Source: Phoronis australis (Eukaryota; Animalia; Phoronida). Taken from it: DNA of 64,000 bases. Positions within the stretch are counted from its first letter, which is position 1; every line of letters starts with the position of its first letter. The DNA lies in the NCBI GenBank assembly GCA_002633005.1, contig NMRA01000021.1:390354-454353 (forward strand). The letters run 5' to 3'. Position numbers and translations under genes: made by a program. The notes under the pieces were generated by a model that was given only the letters and a program-made list of their open reading frames with translations, made no database searches and was not told the DNA's origin. This document shows, one piece after another, positions 51,101-64,000 of this stretch.

Positions 51101-54100
51101 TAATTACATAATGACTTGGCCACGGTCTAACTTTCCAGTTAATCCCCCTTCATTCCGGGTCATGAGGGTCAAGTCTACCCTGATGATGAATTCGACTTCT
51201 GCCCAGCCGTCATGACTGGGAATTGTGGATCATTTTGTCTGAATACTTTTGGCTTGTACTGTATAAACCAGACCTGCAGTGTGAGAACTAGACTCAACTG
51301 TCAACATCACTGCTGTTATTACTTCTGCACACTTCCATTGTAAACTCATCTGCTGACATGCTGATTTCCATGCTAATGGGTGCCAAGGAGTAAAAAGCAT
51401 TCACAGACCAGATCCCCCATGTGAAGTAGGATAACACAGATGTATAAAGACCCCCAATAATTCCAAGCATGAGATTTTGTTGAGGGTAAACCTGGCTGTG
51501 AATAGCCCTAGCCAAAAAATCAACAAGTGGCTGTTGTGATTCAAAACATGCGAATGAAAGCCAGAGCTAATTAATGTTCACTTGAGAGCGCAGCTTTTGA
51601 CATAATTACTTGTATCACAAGCACAAAAATCTGTTTATTCAAATTCGACTGATTAGGCGGGCAGCAAAATGAGTTTGAAATAAAACAATTATTCCTTTGA
51701 TGCAGTCTTACTGGGAGATTTGCCACAAGCCCAAACATGGTACGCTTAGTTGCCTCAGACTGTTTTGAAGGTATTTACGAATGTTAAATAGGTCATTAGT
51801 TTGTGCTATAACAATTTGCCAGCAAGGTAATGCACATACATGACATACATTCGTATGCAGCATGTTTCAAACACCCATCCTGCATTAAATCACATGAAAC
51901 GCGACTTGGGACTTGGCTGGTTTATCACTAAAAAAATGTGAAATAGCTATCGTTTTTTAGTTTGTAAATGCCTACGCTATGGAAACACCGGCAGATTGAC
52001 ACCCATAAGGGGAGGGCGGGGGGTAAACCAAATGTTTTAAGGAAAAATGTCTGTGCTAACCTAAAAACGACATGCCAACATTTGTGTTTGGTCATGTCTG
52101 ATGGGGAGCCCAGGGGAGGATCTTGCTCCACTTGACTCTACCTCTGGGATGGCAATATTGAAAGCAAAGCTAGCCTACATTATAGTTGTGACTCTGAAAT
52201 AATAGGCACACACACACAGGGATGCATGAACACAGGCACGAGCACACACACACACAACCCTATTTTATTCAAAAGCTCAGCAGAACAGACCCAATAGATG
52301 CTAGCCAATTGGATTAGGATGAGTAATACCCTATCAAGTCATTGTAGCCCAAAGGATCAGGGTCTAAGCAAATGTTTATAATAGTGGGCAAGGTAAACAA
52401 CATGTAGCCAAAGGCCAACCTTTGTTCATGAGCAAATATTGTTGAGTGTTTGAACAGGCCCAGATGAATCCTGACTATGCAACTTCACCACAAATCTAGA
52501 CTAACGTTGATTTGGTGAAAACAACATATATAAATCCTGTAAAAAAAGAAAAAAGGACAAATGATGTTTTAATTGCAAATGTTTGAAAGAACCAATAAGA
52601 CAAAACTCAGAAACAGCAAGCTTGTATAACAAAATTGTTTAAGAAATATTACTACCTAAGAAGTGGGCTTACATGTACTGACTGGTATTGTTCTCTTGAA
52701 GTCGACAATCAAAATTATCGGAAAAACTGGGAAGTTTATAGCGCTACTGTTTCTGTGCAGTTGATATCAGATGAATAGATAAGCCACAAACTAACACAAT
52801 TGAGAACAGGATTAACTAGAGATTATTCAGAACAGTATTACATTACATGAATTGACCCTATATCAAGGATCAAATAAAGACAGTCTAAATTCCAAAGTAG
52901 TGTTAAACATGACCATAAAGAAATAATTCCATAAAGAAATAATAAAGAAAATGGCAGAAATTCTTGACCAATTCAGCAGAAAATTAGGCATATAAATGAA
53001 ATTTTATGTCATCAACGATTAAGAAAATTTTAATTGCTCATTAACATATAAAAAATTATACTGTGCAGGTGCCATAAAACAACATTTGGTTAAGCTTCCA
53101 CTGTTTGCAGCAAAGTTATCAGCCTTAGAAAATGGAAAAACAATTTTGGCAAATATTACAGAGAAAAATAAGTAGAGAATTACAATACGTGTGAAACATG
53201 CGGCTAACAAGAATTACCATTCTGGAACAAGTTACCAACATGAGCACAAATTTTAAGCGACTATAAACCCACTTTCCATCATAAAAAATTATGATCTAAA
53301 CCACTACTGTTATGGAGTTAGTCTTTTGTTTCTCCTTAGTCAAAACTGATAAGAAGCGGCAGTTCATTTGTTACTGCTTGAGATTAGGCTCTACAAGTTG
53401 TCATAATGCGCCATTTTATGCCTTGAGCATGGTCTGAAGGAATAACAACCGACTTTGCCAGCTCAGAAATCACTAGCCATCTGAAAAAGCATCAAGTTGA
53501 GACAAATTTTATTGAGGTCAGTGCTCTACATAAAATGTTCACTTCCTAGATGGAACAGGGTTCTATAGCCTCTTTTAGGCTTTTGTTACTTATGATGGGA
53601 GTGCAATACACAAGTTAAAGTCATATTGGCATTTTCTGTTAAGCACCTAGGGGTATAAAAAAGATGAAAAATCTTGGTACCTAATGAACTGTTAGTAGAA
53701 AACTGCATATGTTCAGTCAGCGACCACACAAAGCCACCTCAAACCAATCACTTTGGAAACTGGCAAAGGTCAGCTTCTATGGAAACTGATCTCCACATGA
53801 GGATTTCAAAACAAACACTGGGTAGCCTGATCAGCAACTAAAACAAATTTAAGTGGTCAGGGATGATCATCTGGTAGTTACCTAATACCGCTATTTGACA
53901 GAGACAATGTGCCAGACTAACACCAAAGTTGTGAAACATGCAGAGGGATCAGTCTATGGTTTCTCAGGCACTCATTGGTAAAAAACACCTGTTCTTTAGA
54001 AGTAGGCTGTTTTCTTAAGTGGTTCTCGTCAAAAATTTGTGGTTAATTGGGAGTTTATTGACTCAACAAATGAATATCAAAGTGGCCATTTGCAGGCATT

Positions 54101-56304
54101 GAAAACTGGCAGATTAGTGACCAGTTGAGATTTGAAAGGTGCCCAGTGGCCCAATGACCTTAACACAGATGGTAACTCTTTCCAGGAGCAATCCTCATAT
54201 TCACGAACGAACAACTCCTAAAAACATTATCAGAATTTCACTTGCTAAATTTTTGATGTTTGCAAATAAGAGAGTTCTGGAAATAAAGGCATGGACTTTG
54301 AAAGATAAATAACAGGTACGATAAACTTGCACTGAATTCAAACAAAAAGTGTTACTAAAATTGCACCTTTTTACTTTCGTACTCTGTGCGCCAGCACTAG
54401 CTTTTATCATCTTACTTAAGACAGGTACGGCAGGGACATTCCTGGACTATGCCTTTTTGCCATTATAGCACATAAAAAAATAAATTAACGCAAGTGCATT
54501 GCAGCAGTGCCAACTTGGAGACTGAGAATGCTCCCAATATTTCAAAATATATTACAGAAATTGAATTATTAAGCTCAATAATTTGATGCAGTATGCTTCT
54601 ACAAAAAATAGAAACTATCATTCGCATGTTGGCCATACCGTGTCCTAAATTAATAAGATTTTGCCATATCCGTATGCTGAGGGCATATTAGAATGGCATG
54701 ACAAGGAAGGCATCTGTCTAATGGTATTCGAGTATCTAATTAATAAAAATGCAGGTTACCGCACCTGATCCACATATAATACCTACACTTCAGTAGAGTC
54801 GTCAGCCACCAAGAATGAGCTTTAAAAATGAATTTGAATCTGAGTTAATACACCAGCTGGCATGCCGAGTGTTGTTGGAATCTGTCAATGGAAACTTCTA
54901 CATGCAATGTGGTAAAACACCGTTAATGAACACAATATTTGGCAGAACAGTGAAATTTATTTATGCCATTTATCAACAAAAATAGAATAAATATTTTGGT
55001 ACAGCATAGTTTGTATGGTGCAACAGTCCTCAACCAAAAACATGATGAAATGCTTCAAGCATTTTAGCAGAGCCAACAGGCTTCAGGCTTTTTAAAAATA
55101 GAAATATGATGGAAATTATTTCAGTTTTAACTTGAGGAGACTATATTAACGTGTTAAATCTGGAACTATGTTTTACTGAGTGGGGAATGAAATCGTTGTG
55201 AAAGACATCAATTGTCGTAATAATATGGTATAACTGAACTACGGAAGTTATAGACATGCAATCCCAGCAATTCTTAATAATGCACCATTTGGTCACACAC
55301 AGCCAAACAACTGGACTGTGTTTACAAGAGGATACGTGATACAAGTAATCTCGTTTAGTGAGAGTGGTCTCAACCAGACAAGATAGCTTATCAACGAAAA
55401 ACTGTATCCATTCTCCCAGAAACACTTCAGGAAACTGGTGAGCAAATCCAGAGGTTAATGCTGGTCAAAAACTCGTGGGTTTTCAAACTTTAGGTGTGAT
55501 TATTGGACGACTAGCGTCTTTTGTCATTGAGTTAGTGTAAGCGTCATAGAAATTATGCACCTCACACTTAATGAAAACAATTCAAACAAAACAACAACAA
55601 AAATACAGCGTGAATGTCTCTTGTCGTGGCAACGTGTTCACATGAAGACAGTCCTAAATGGTATGTTCCTGGAGAAAAAACCTGGAATACCGATTACCAC
55701 GTAAACTAACTGTTCGCAAGAAAAACTAATGTGCATTGAAAAGTCGATAATTATAGGTGGTTTCTTACCACACAAAAATAGTTCGCAGATTTGGGGTCCT
55801 GCGGGAAACAAGTCATGTAGTAATGGAAGTTAATTCAATGAGTACTTGGGTCCTTACTAAATGATGGTGTCACAAGAGACTCAACTGATTCCTGAAAGAT
55901 GACTTGTACGCAACAAATTACTGAACCATGCCAACAAAGGTTTGAACATGCAATCATGGGCAACTGAAACTTAGCACAAGTTTGGGTAGGTTATACAAAT
56001 TGTGGAAAGTTTTGCAGTGTACTGCACTGTATCTAGAAAGTAATTCTGCATCTCTTTGGCACACAATATGGATGACACGGGCAAATTTCATTATGTCAAA
56101 CAAAAATGAACAGCAAGAAAAAAATATCTTATTAACAGTTTGTGCTGAATGAAAAATTGGAACATTACCATTTTGTCAATATTTTTATGTTACCACAAAG
56201 AGCCAACAGATTAAAAAATTTCTGATTTTCAACGGGGATGCAATTTTAGAAAATACATACACACTTAATTCTTACCAAGCCACGGCAACACCACACCACA
56301 CAAA

Positions 56305-56701
56305 AGTGCCGTCCACACACAGACTCACACTGGTACACATTACTCCTGGAACTAGTCGTCGCTAGGTTTAGAAGCTGTGTAGACGATATTTAAACTAGTG
56401 CAACTTGCCCCACTTATGACAACTTACCCCACCTTATGGAGGTGGGATAATTTGTTCCAGGGCAAGTCGTACCACTTCTAATTCCTATGTGGCAGCAAAC
56501 CTGGGCCAAGGTAGAAGTAATGATCAGTTGCGTTCACAAAGACAGGTATTCTTTTGCAGGCTGTACACGTGTTAAGTGTTCATTGCCACCCACAGTACGA
56601 TGAGTGTGTATGTGGACGCCCCACTATAAGTTGCATTAGTTAGTGTAAGTTGCACTAGTTAGTGCACGTTGTTCTAGGGTAAGCTGTGTGTGGATGGGAC
56701 T
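56305..56701. mobile_element. ~400-bp MITE with nested inverted repeats (possibly PIF/Harbinger-like)
   Basis: agtgccgtccacacacag vs the right-end reverse complement agtcccatccacacacag (16/18); internal inverted pair aactagtgcaactt (~56393) / aagttgcactagtt (~56647). Confidence 0.6.
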
Positions 56702-59700
56702 GAAGAGCTTGCTAAAGATGTAAAGGTGACTATGTAGAATGACTTAAAGCAGACACCATCAGCCAAACACAGGTACAGTACATACACTAATTCTGAACTT
56801 TCACCGACTTAGTAAAGTGTGATATACATGCATAGTCACTAAGGCCATGTGTGTACATCCAAAATAATGCATTCTTCATAAAATTCTTTGTTCAAGTGTT
56901 TCATAATAGGCCTAGGCACATACATTACTTAGAAGGATAGGCGACAATATCCTGTTGATACAATATGTCTTGAATTGGGTTTTCTGTTTCTTTAGTGCAT
57001 TTTTGTACTTGTCACTTGGACAGTAAATGTTTGACTGGATACACGTTAACATCTACCACTTCCTTATTGATGTCCAGCTTCACTGTCATGATATTATGAA
57101 AACTTAAGTCCATGGTTTTTGCTCAAATGCTGTTTCACATATAGGTGCTCACGTCAAATTTTAGATCTGTGCATGGCTTCAGATGCAGTCGCACTGGTCT
57201 AAACACGCAATCACATAACCTTACTGTAACAGCAAGGTGCTTTGTACTGAAGCATCACTTTGAACACTGAGAGGAACACTGCAGTCACACATACAGTAAG
57301 GATGGACACTTTATCACAGAACCAAGAATGGTTTGTAAAAACGCCACAAAATAGTCTTGCCAAGTTCGAAAGGAAATGTTTTTACACGAATATCACATGA
57401 AGACAGACAGGGCAGGGTCACGCCAAGGTCGGATATCATATAGACCAAGTGCAAGAAAATCATTGAACTACAAACAGTACACTTGACAAGAAAAAAAGAA
57501 ACCTGCCAGTGACATCAAGTGACATTTCACTGCACTCGAGAGGATGACAAATTCAAAAATAATGAACTTCATGTGCAGTGCTTACTTCATAAAAGTGAAG
57601 TTTAGAAGCCGGTTTATCACCTTTGTAGATGACAGGTAACTAGAGTTGATACACAGACAAAACAAATCAGGTAAAAGAACACCGGAAACCGTTAGCTAGC
57701 ACTTGCCTAATGAAGTGATTCATTTTTGTCTATGAAGGAGATAAAAGGCTTTGCTGTTGAATGCGTTTTGCAATCATTTCAGTAACATTATTTCCATACA
57801 TTTACGATCAGTATAATCTATGACATTTGATCTGAGCCAAAGATTTATCTTAACAAGCCAAGAGAGTACTGCAACAATGTTTTTTGTCAAAAATAGAACC
57901 ATCCTATAAATTGCCTTGTGCATGGACATATAAAGCTATCTGCTGTGTCTATGTTATCTGTCTTTTAATAAGCACTTGACTATAAAATGTGTGTGTTGTA
58001 GCTTCCCAAGTGGCTTTTGAGAGCATTCAGTTGCAGGCCAGGTTCCAAAACAAATCACCGACATGGACAACCCAAAACAAAAAAGAAGTTACCAGATCAT
58101 CGCATCAGCCACAGCGCAGAATCAACATACACAACAAACTACTATCTGTTTACCCATAAAGCAGAAACTTCGTAAATGGCCCAAGAGTTTTCAGGGGCAA
58201 ATATTCAGCCCCACCTACCGTTCAAAGGTGGTGTTCAGACCCCTGGCTACGGGCATGGCAAAGGCTTCAAAAATGTCTGAGATGCGATGATAAGCAGCGA
58301 CTAAATTCTCAACACCACAACTGTCTATGCGAACACAGAAATATAATTTGGGACACCGACCAGCTGCAGACTTGTCGTAGCATCTGAAGCATTTTCCAGC
58401 ATTGAAAAATCAATGGCACCTTTGCATTTAAGAACATGCCTTATACCATGTAATCTGATTAAGGTATTACCACCACAGAATGCATTAAGTCAACCAAATG
58501 ACAGAATATATCTAGATACTGAGCTAATGACAATCCATGTCTTATTAGGAGGAAAGGAACAAAAGGCAGGTTCTGTCAAAACCTCTACAAGAAGGGAGGA
58601 GAACAAGTGCAAAAATATCTCAAGTGACAAAACCTTAGTTTGAAACAAAAACAAAAAAGTACAAAGATCAATTTTTGTAGAGCAAAAACAAAAGCGTAAC
58701 ATGAAACTATCATGGCAGTATTTTTACAAATATGAAATTGTTTCCTTTTTCAAAGCCACAGGATCTAAATACTTGAACCCATCTCACCATAGCTTATGCT
58801 AGTTCTTCATCTTACCATACTTGACTGGGTTCCCATGGGAACTAAAAAAGAGGGCTCTAACAGGGTTGTTCAAAAACAAAATTTATGATGGGGGGTAGGC
58901 ATTTAACCAAACGGTTGCTTTGGTAAATGCCCAGGGAGTTACAATGATGTCGGACTTCACTTTCAAGTGCCAAATAAAAGATCGGCGGATTGTAGACAAT
59001 AAACTGTAACTACAGTACAAGAGTAAGTTACGCTGAAACTGGTTGATCGTTTCTCAATGATCAGTGAGTTGCAAACGTTTTGAGAGGTAGAATTCTACCA
59101 AAATGGGCATTCACAGATGCAGATTCTTTCAAGGAAGACTTGATCGTCTAATTTGCAAGTGGGAGGTTAAGTCGAGCATTAGCACATAAAAGTGCAAATT
59201 TGTAAGTTTAAGGGTGACCAGTAAGCAGGGCGTAGGCTATAACCCAGAGGAGAATGGTACTTATCACACAATATGGTGGACAAGTGAAAGTATACTTTGT
59301 ATATTTTTTCAGGAAAACAAAGATTAAGAAAATTGACTCTATTATTGGCTTTGGTAAAGATGTCACAAAACAATATTTGGCAAAGCTCCCATTACTTGCA
59401 GCAAGGCACGTCTCTGAAAGATGGAAAGTGGCAATTTTGGGAATTTGTATTTTTGCTTTACACAACAGAATTACCATAAGAAATCTATAAACATTACATA
59501 AAAATTTTGGAAAAACAGAAATTTGACAGAACCAACTCACAGTAACATATGTTGTAGTCGAAAAAGCAATATTGACGTTTTTCTTTAAATAAGCCTGCTT
59601 AGGCATTCAAGTGAATCCGATGAATAATTGATACAAAATTAAGAAGAAATTGCACGCAACAGTGGCTGTACAAGATGCAAGGAAACGAGAGAGTCCACAG

Positions 59701-62700
59701 GGAATTCTCTATTGGCCTTTGAATATAAAATGCATTTTATCCAGCTCTACAAACTGCTTCACAAAAAATCACAACTGATAGGTAATTATTCTGCAAGCCA
59801 TCGTCCAACTCTAATTTGGCAGGTAGCACCCGATGATAATGGGTGTGAAAAGACGCCTAACTACAAAAGTGAGTTTTGTATTTGATGTTTGAACAAAAAT
59901 TGATTGATTTTATTCACAAGAAGGATATTTAAATATGGCGTTCTGTAAACAGCGACCCCAGTGACCTTATTTCCTCATAGAGAGAATTACATACAATGTA
60001 TCAGGCCATCTTATTTCTGTCAAAACTGGTGTCTTGACAATATGCACAACTGGAATTGACAGACATGGTTTGATAATGACCAAGAGCAGGCTTCCTGTCA
60101 GAAAGTGAGGGAGACCATTTGCTTTGTGCCTCCAAGAAAAATATTGACGTTAGTGCAGAGAAATGAATACGAAATAATATTTGTTGTTTAGGTAGAAAAT
60201 AAATCATTTAGTGTTGTCAAATGTCTTGTCCAATTAGACCATACGAAAAAGTGATTTGGATGGCGGATGAATGACTAAAAACCTATGGTAGATTAAAATG
60301 GAAGACAATAGCAAAGTTCCAATATATTATGCAACCACCAAATTAGGACATGACAGATAAGTGTTACTTGTACTTTTTCATTTTTTCATTAAACGTACGT
60401 TTCACAAAACAAAGATTTTATCAGTCTTCACGTGCTTGTCATAGCTACATCGGACAACGTTTTGAGAAATTATGGGCATTAAAAATAATGTTTTGAGTGT
60501 TTCAAAAATGAAAAAAGACAAATTTGACAATTGTTTTTAGTCTGAAATTGGTGAAATTTTACTGCAAACTACTGTGGCAAGATACTGGCAGACAAGTTGT
60601 TGGAGAGTGGTCTGCGTTCTTGGACGGGATTTTGGAGGGATTTCCCAGCCTTTGTTATTAATTCATTATAATCATTGTGTCAATTCTTACCACTGATATT
60701 CAGTAGGATATTCAAACCATCCACTCATTCGGCTCATAAGTTCCAAGTCTCAAAAATGTTGGTCAATAAAAGAATTTGCATTTCATCAAATCTGTCCCAG
60801 AATTAGAATTTGGACCAAGCAAACGATAATTTCATGCTCTCCCAAGCTAAAGAGTTGCACGTTTCCTGCTAAGGTGGAACAGAGAAGGAAGGTTAACAAG
60901 ATAAATATTGACCCAGGAATTAACAGGAAAGTTAGTATGGTGGCTGAGCCAATCTGAAATTAGAATTTTGCCCCCCCAATAGTTATTACCAGTCATTTTT
61001 GCTGTTAACAGAATTAGCTACCATGACAGAGAGACAATATATTGTCTGATGCAGTGATTTGGGTGAGAATGAAACTCAGTTACACGACATTAAAGCAATC
61101 TCTGAGGCTAATATTGTGCCCTGCCACCATCCACAGTATGTGGTAGAACACTGCTAATTAGCATTAATTTCAGATGTTAATTTTTTCTAAATCACAGATT
61201 TTATTAACAAAATGCAACTGGCTAAAATCTGGATTGCTAAAGTACATGTCAAATACATTTTGAATACAGTGCAAATAATGCAACACCAACATCTTGAAGA
61301 GTGTCGGTGGGTTATAATTAACGGTTAACTCAGTACCATCAGAGTTCTAAGCAGGTAAGGCTGTCAATAACTGGTACCATTCCATATCTGTTCTTAAAAA
61401 TATTCACCATTCTACCACTATAAACTCTGTATTTCATTTATCATATGGCCATATATAAGATACTTCAAATTAAATAAATTCACATGCTCGACATTTTCGG
61501 AGCGCCATCTTGTGACAACTTCGATGTTAACTTACCACTACCAAAGCTGGTCTGAGAGGTTCAGCTAACTTTGCGGATTACATAAATGCTTCTCACTTCT
61601 CAAGTACTGGAGTTTAGTTAAGCTACAAAAAGGTCTTCACAGTTGGATCATTGGAAGGAAGTATAAATCATTTGGTATGTGATAAAACCATGAAAATAAA
61701 ACTACAATTCATTAGCAACTCATCTGCTATGTTATAGAAAGTAAAAGCCAGTCCCTTCATTCATGTATTGGTCTCTGAAGACCGCTTCATTTTCTGGATG
61801 ACAAAATATTCTAGGGATTAGCAAATGAACAACTGTCGCGGCTGTCTCACTGGTTGAAGGCTAAGATGCGAGGCCAATTGCAAAATCAATCATTTACACT
61901 GGTTTAAGGCTAGGCATATACACAAAGCATGTTTTGTACATCTCAAGAACACATGTTTGTTAGTGATTGGATTGTGAAACTGTCAACATGTTATCAACTC
62001 CATAGCTGTGTAATCTACTAAAAAGCAAAAAATTTTACAAAATTCCTTCTAAAATTAATTAAACGATGTGTGCTACCACAGTACGAACTTCCCATTTAAA
62101 CTCGTACCAAAAGCAGGACCATATAGCAAGTAATATTAGCCTTCTGAAAATATGCATAGCTAACAGAAAACTAAACACCTATATACCGTAAAACATACCT
62201 AATTTAGGACACAATACGGACGAAATTCTACTTTCTGATTTTTTAAGAAGATATGAAGTACAGAATTAACGAGTTTCCATGTTCAAGATCTGTACGATAG
62301 CTATCACCAAGCAATGATTTGAAAAAGCGTGGGTTTTCATGACAATGCTAAAAGCCTTTGAAAGATAAAAAAATTTTAGCAATTATCTCTGTCCCAAATT
62401 GGCGAGATTTTACCGTATCTTAGATACTCAACTAATCAAGTGACACAACAGTCTATTTCTATGACAATCATTAGTGAAGATGGCTGGTCGTTCTGCAAAG
62501 TGTAGAGCAGAATCACAGCACCCAAGCATTCAGCAGACTCCCTTCCCACAACAGGTTCATGTAGTCCTTCCAGTGGGTACACATTTACCCATTTATCAGC
62601 ACAAGCCAAGACATGGCACCTCATGAATCAAGTTCCACATGAGTGATTATCTGGAATAGTGCTGTCAAACACTCACTTAGGATCCTGCAGTGTTCAGCTG

Positions 62701-63961
62701 GCAATTATCAAAACAAAATAAAACTGAACATAATTTCCTATTTAATAACCAAAAATTAACAATTGGTTAGAGTGGCAGCCCTTGAAAAGAAGTCAAAAAA
62801 ACGTTACGCTCACTAATCCAGCTGTCTTCAAATAGAAAGCTCTCTGTCTTGATTTTCTTTTTATTCTTTCTTAGTCGAAAGGGAAAATACAGGCGCTGCA
62901 ACATGGAAAATTGCCCTGACAACAGAACTTTGGTCATCAAGATTGTGCAATTTGGGAGCTGCGTGTGCAAGCTGGATTTCGGAATTGCGTGCTGGGATTT
63001 TGGTCGGGTCACAAACGACGACCTGGTAATTTTCATACTGTCAAGGTCTTTGTTCCTACTGTTGAGATGCATCAACACTTTGCTGTAAAGTCACCTGTTT
63101 CCTGTGAAGCAAACATGTGCTTTTAACTTCGATATATGGCTGAATTTAAGTGTTCCCACTGACCAACGTTCCACTAATCAACAAAGAGTTAAACCTGATG
63201 AGAAAAGGCATCATTGCCAGCTCTCGGGCATTTTGCAGGACATTGCCTCCTTTTCGGAATTTTTCCACAGGTCCTACTTTTTTGTCAGAATCCAGCCTTT
63301 TATGTTTGGTATAGCAAATGTGCTGTCTCTCTCTTTTCTAAAATCACGGATTTTCTCATCTTTTCAGTCAACAACGCTTATGACCAAACTGGTAAGCATT
63401 CCTTAGGATTTTGTCGAACTGGCCGATATTTTGCGATTTCCGCACGCAAACTGCTGCCACTTTTCAGGCCAGTCCCACATTTTAATTTTGGAATGTGACA
63501 ACTGTGAGAGAGGGGCCACGAGGCCATCAAAGGACTGAAAGACGGCTGCAGTTCTGATACAAGATTAACAGGCTGTACAGAGAGGACTATTAAAAAACAA
63601 TAAAGGACTGGGCAAGTGAAGATGAATTTATAACTGTTGATAACAAACAATGATGAATGGGGCTTTCAAAGGCCAATAACAAGACATATGTCTTTGTAAT
63701 AAAGAACAGGTTGTCTTATCTGCTTGTTGGGAGAATATAAGTATATTAAATGGCTATACAATACAATCATAAACCCCCAATGTGCCAAATGAATAACAAG
63801 TACCTAGATTGGTTCAGCACAGGCTGACAAGGTTGTAGCCGGTTATAGAAAGTGTTTTGACATGGCTGAGAATAGCTGAAGTAGAGTAGCCAAGGCTGGA
63901 TGATAGATGGTGAGCATACTTTTGTGATTGCATAAAACAGGATGTAATAGCTGGTAACGTG

Positions 63962-63962
<1 letters not shown>

Positions 63963-64000
<38 letters not shown>
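63963..64000. repeat. (AC)n microsatellite running off the window end
   Basis: acacacac... Confidence 0.95.

Noticed and set aside
51294-51515. MEISMSADEFTME as the missing cpo start exon
   Set aside because: The only available donor is a weak gtgtgc, there is no promoter-like context, and the peptide has no clear family resemblance.
63767-64000. MCVCVCV ORFs
   Set aside because: Produced by the (AC)n microsatellite at the window edge.

Overview
Animal (invertebrate-looking, AT-rich) genomic DNA with spliceosomal GT-AG introns and an assembly gap at 25902-26379. It is not prokaryotic, and most six-frame ORFs are spurious. Two minus-strand genes can be rebuilt exon by exon. (1) A complete 8-exon TEDC1 (C14orf80)-like gene, CDS 25752->16668, 441 aa. 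(2) A two-RRM couch potato/MEC-8/RBPMS-family RNA-binding protein gene with exons from 45195 down to about 32399 and a ~2.5 kb 3'UTR; its start exon was not found and probably lies beyond 64000. The most interesting signal is in this second gene: a hidden tandem-duplicated exon pair in RRM1 (44539-44595 [19 protein letters not shown] vs 44366-44419 [18 protein letters not shown]) that looks mutually exclusive. It is accompanied by a CAC/UGCAUG-rich structured spacer intron, candidate cassette/poison exons, several candidate alternative last exons and a possible long-range RNA duplex, consistent with an autoregulated splicing circuit. The first 13 kb and the TEDC1 introns hold transposon debris: TIR MITEs, a hAT-like element with a zinc-finger remnant, a Gypsy RNase H fragment, a CR1-like LINE 3' end, a tRNA-derived SINE head and decayed coding frames of unknown origin. 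All calls were made by eye, without database searches.
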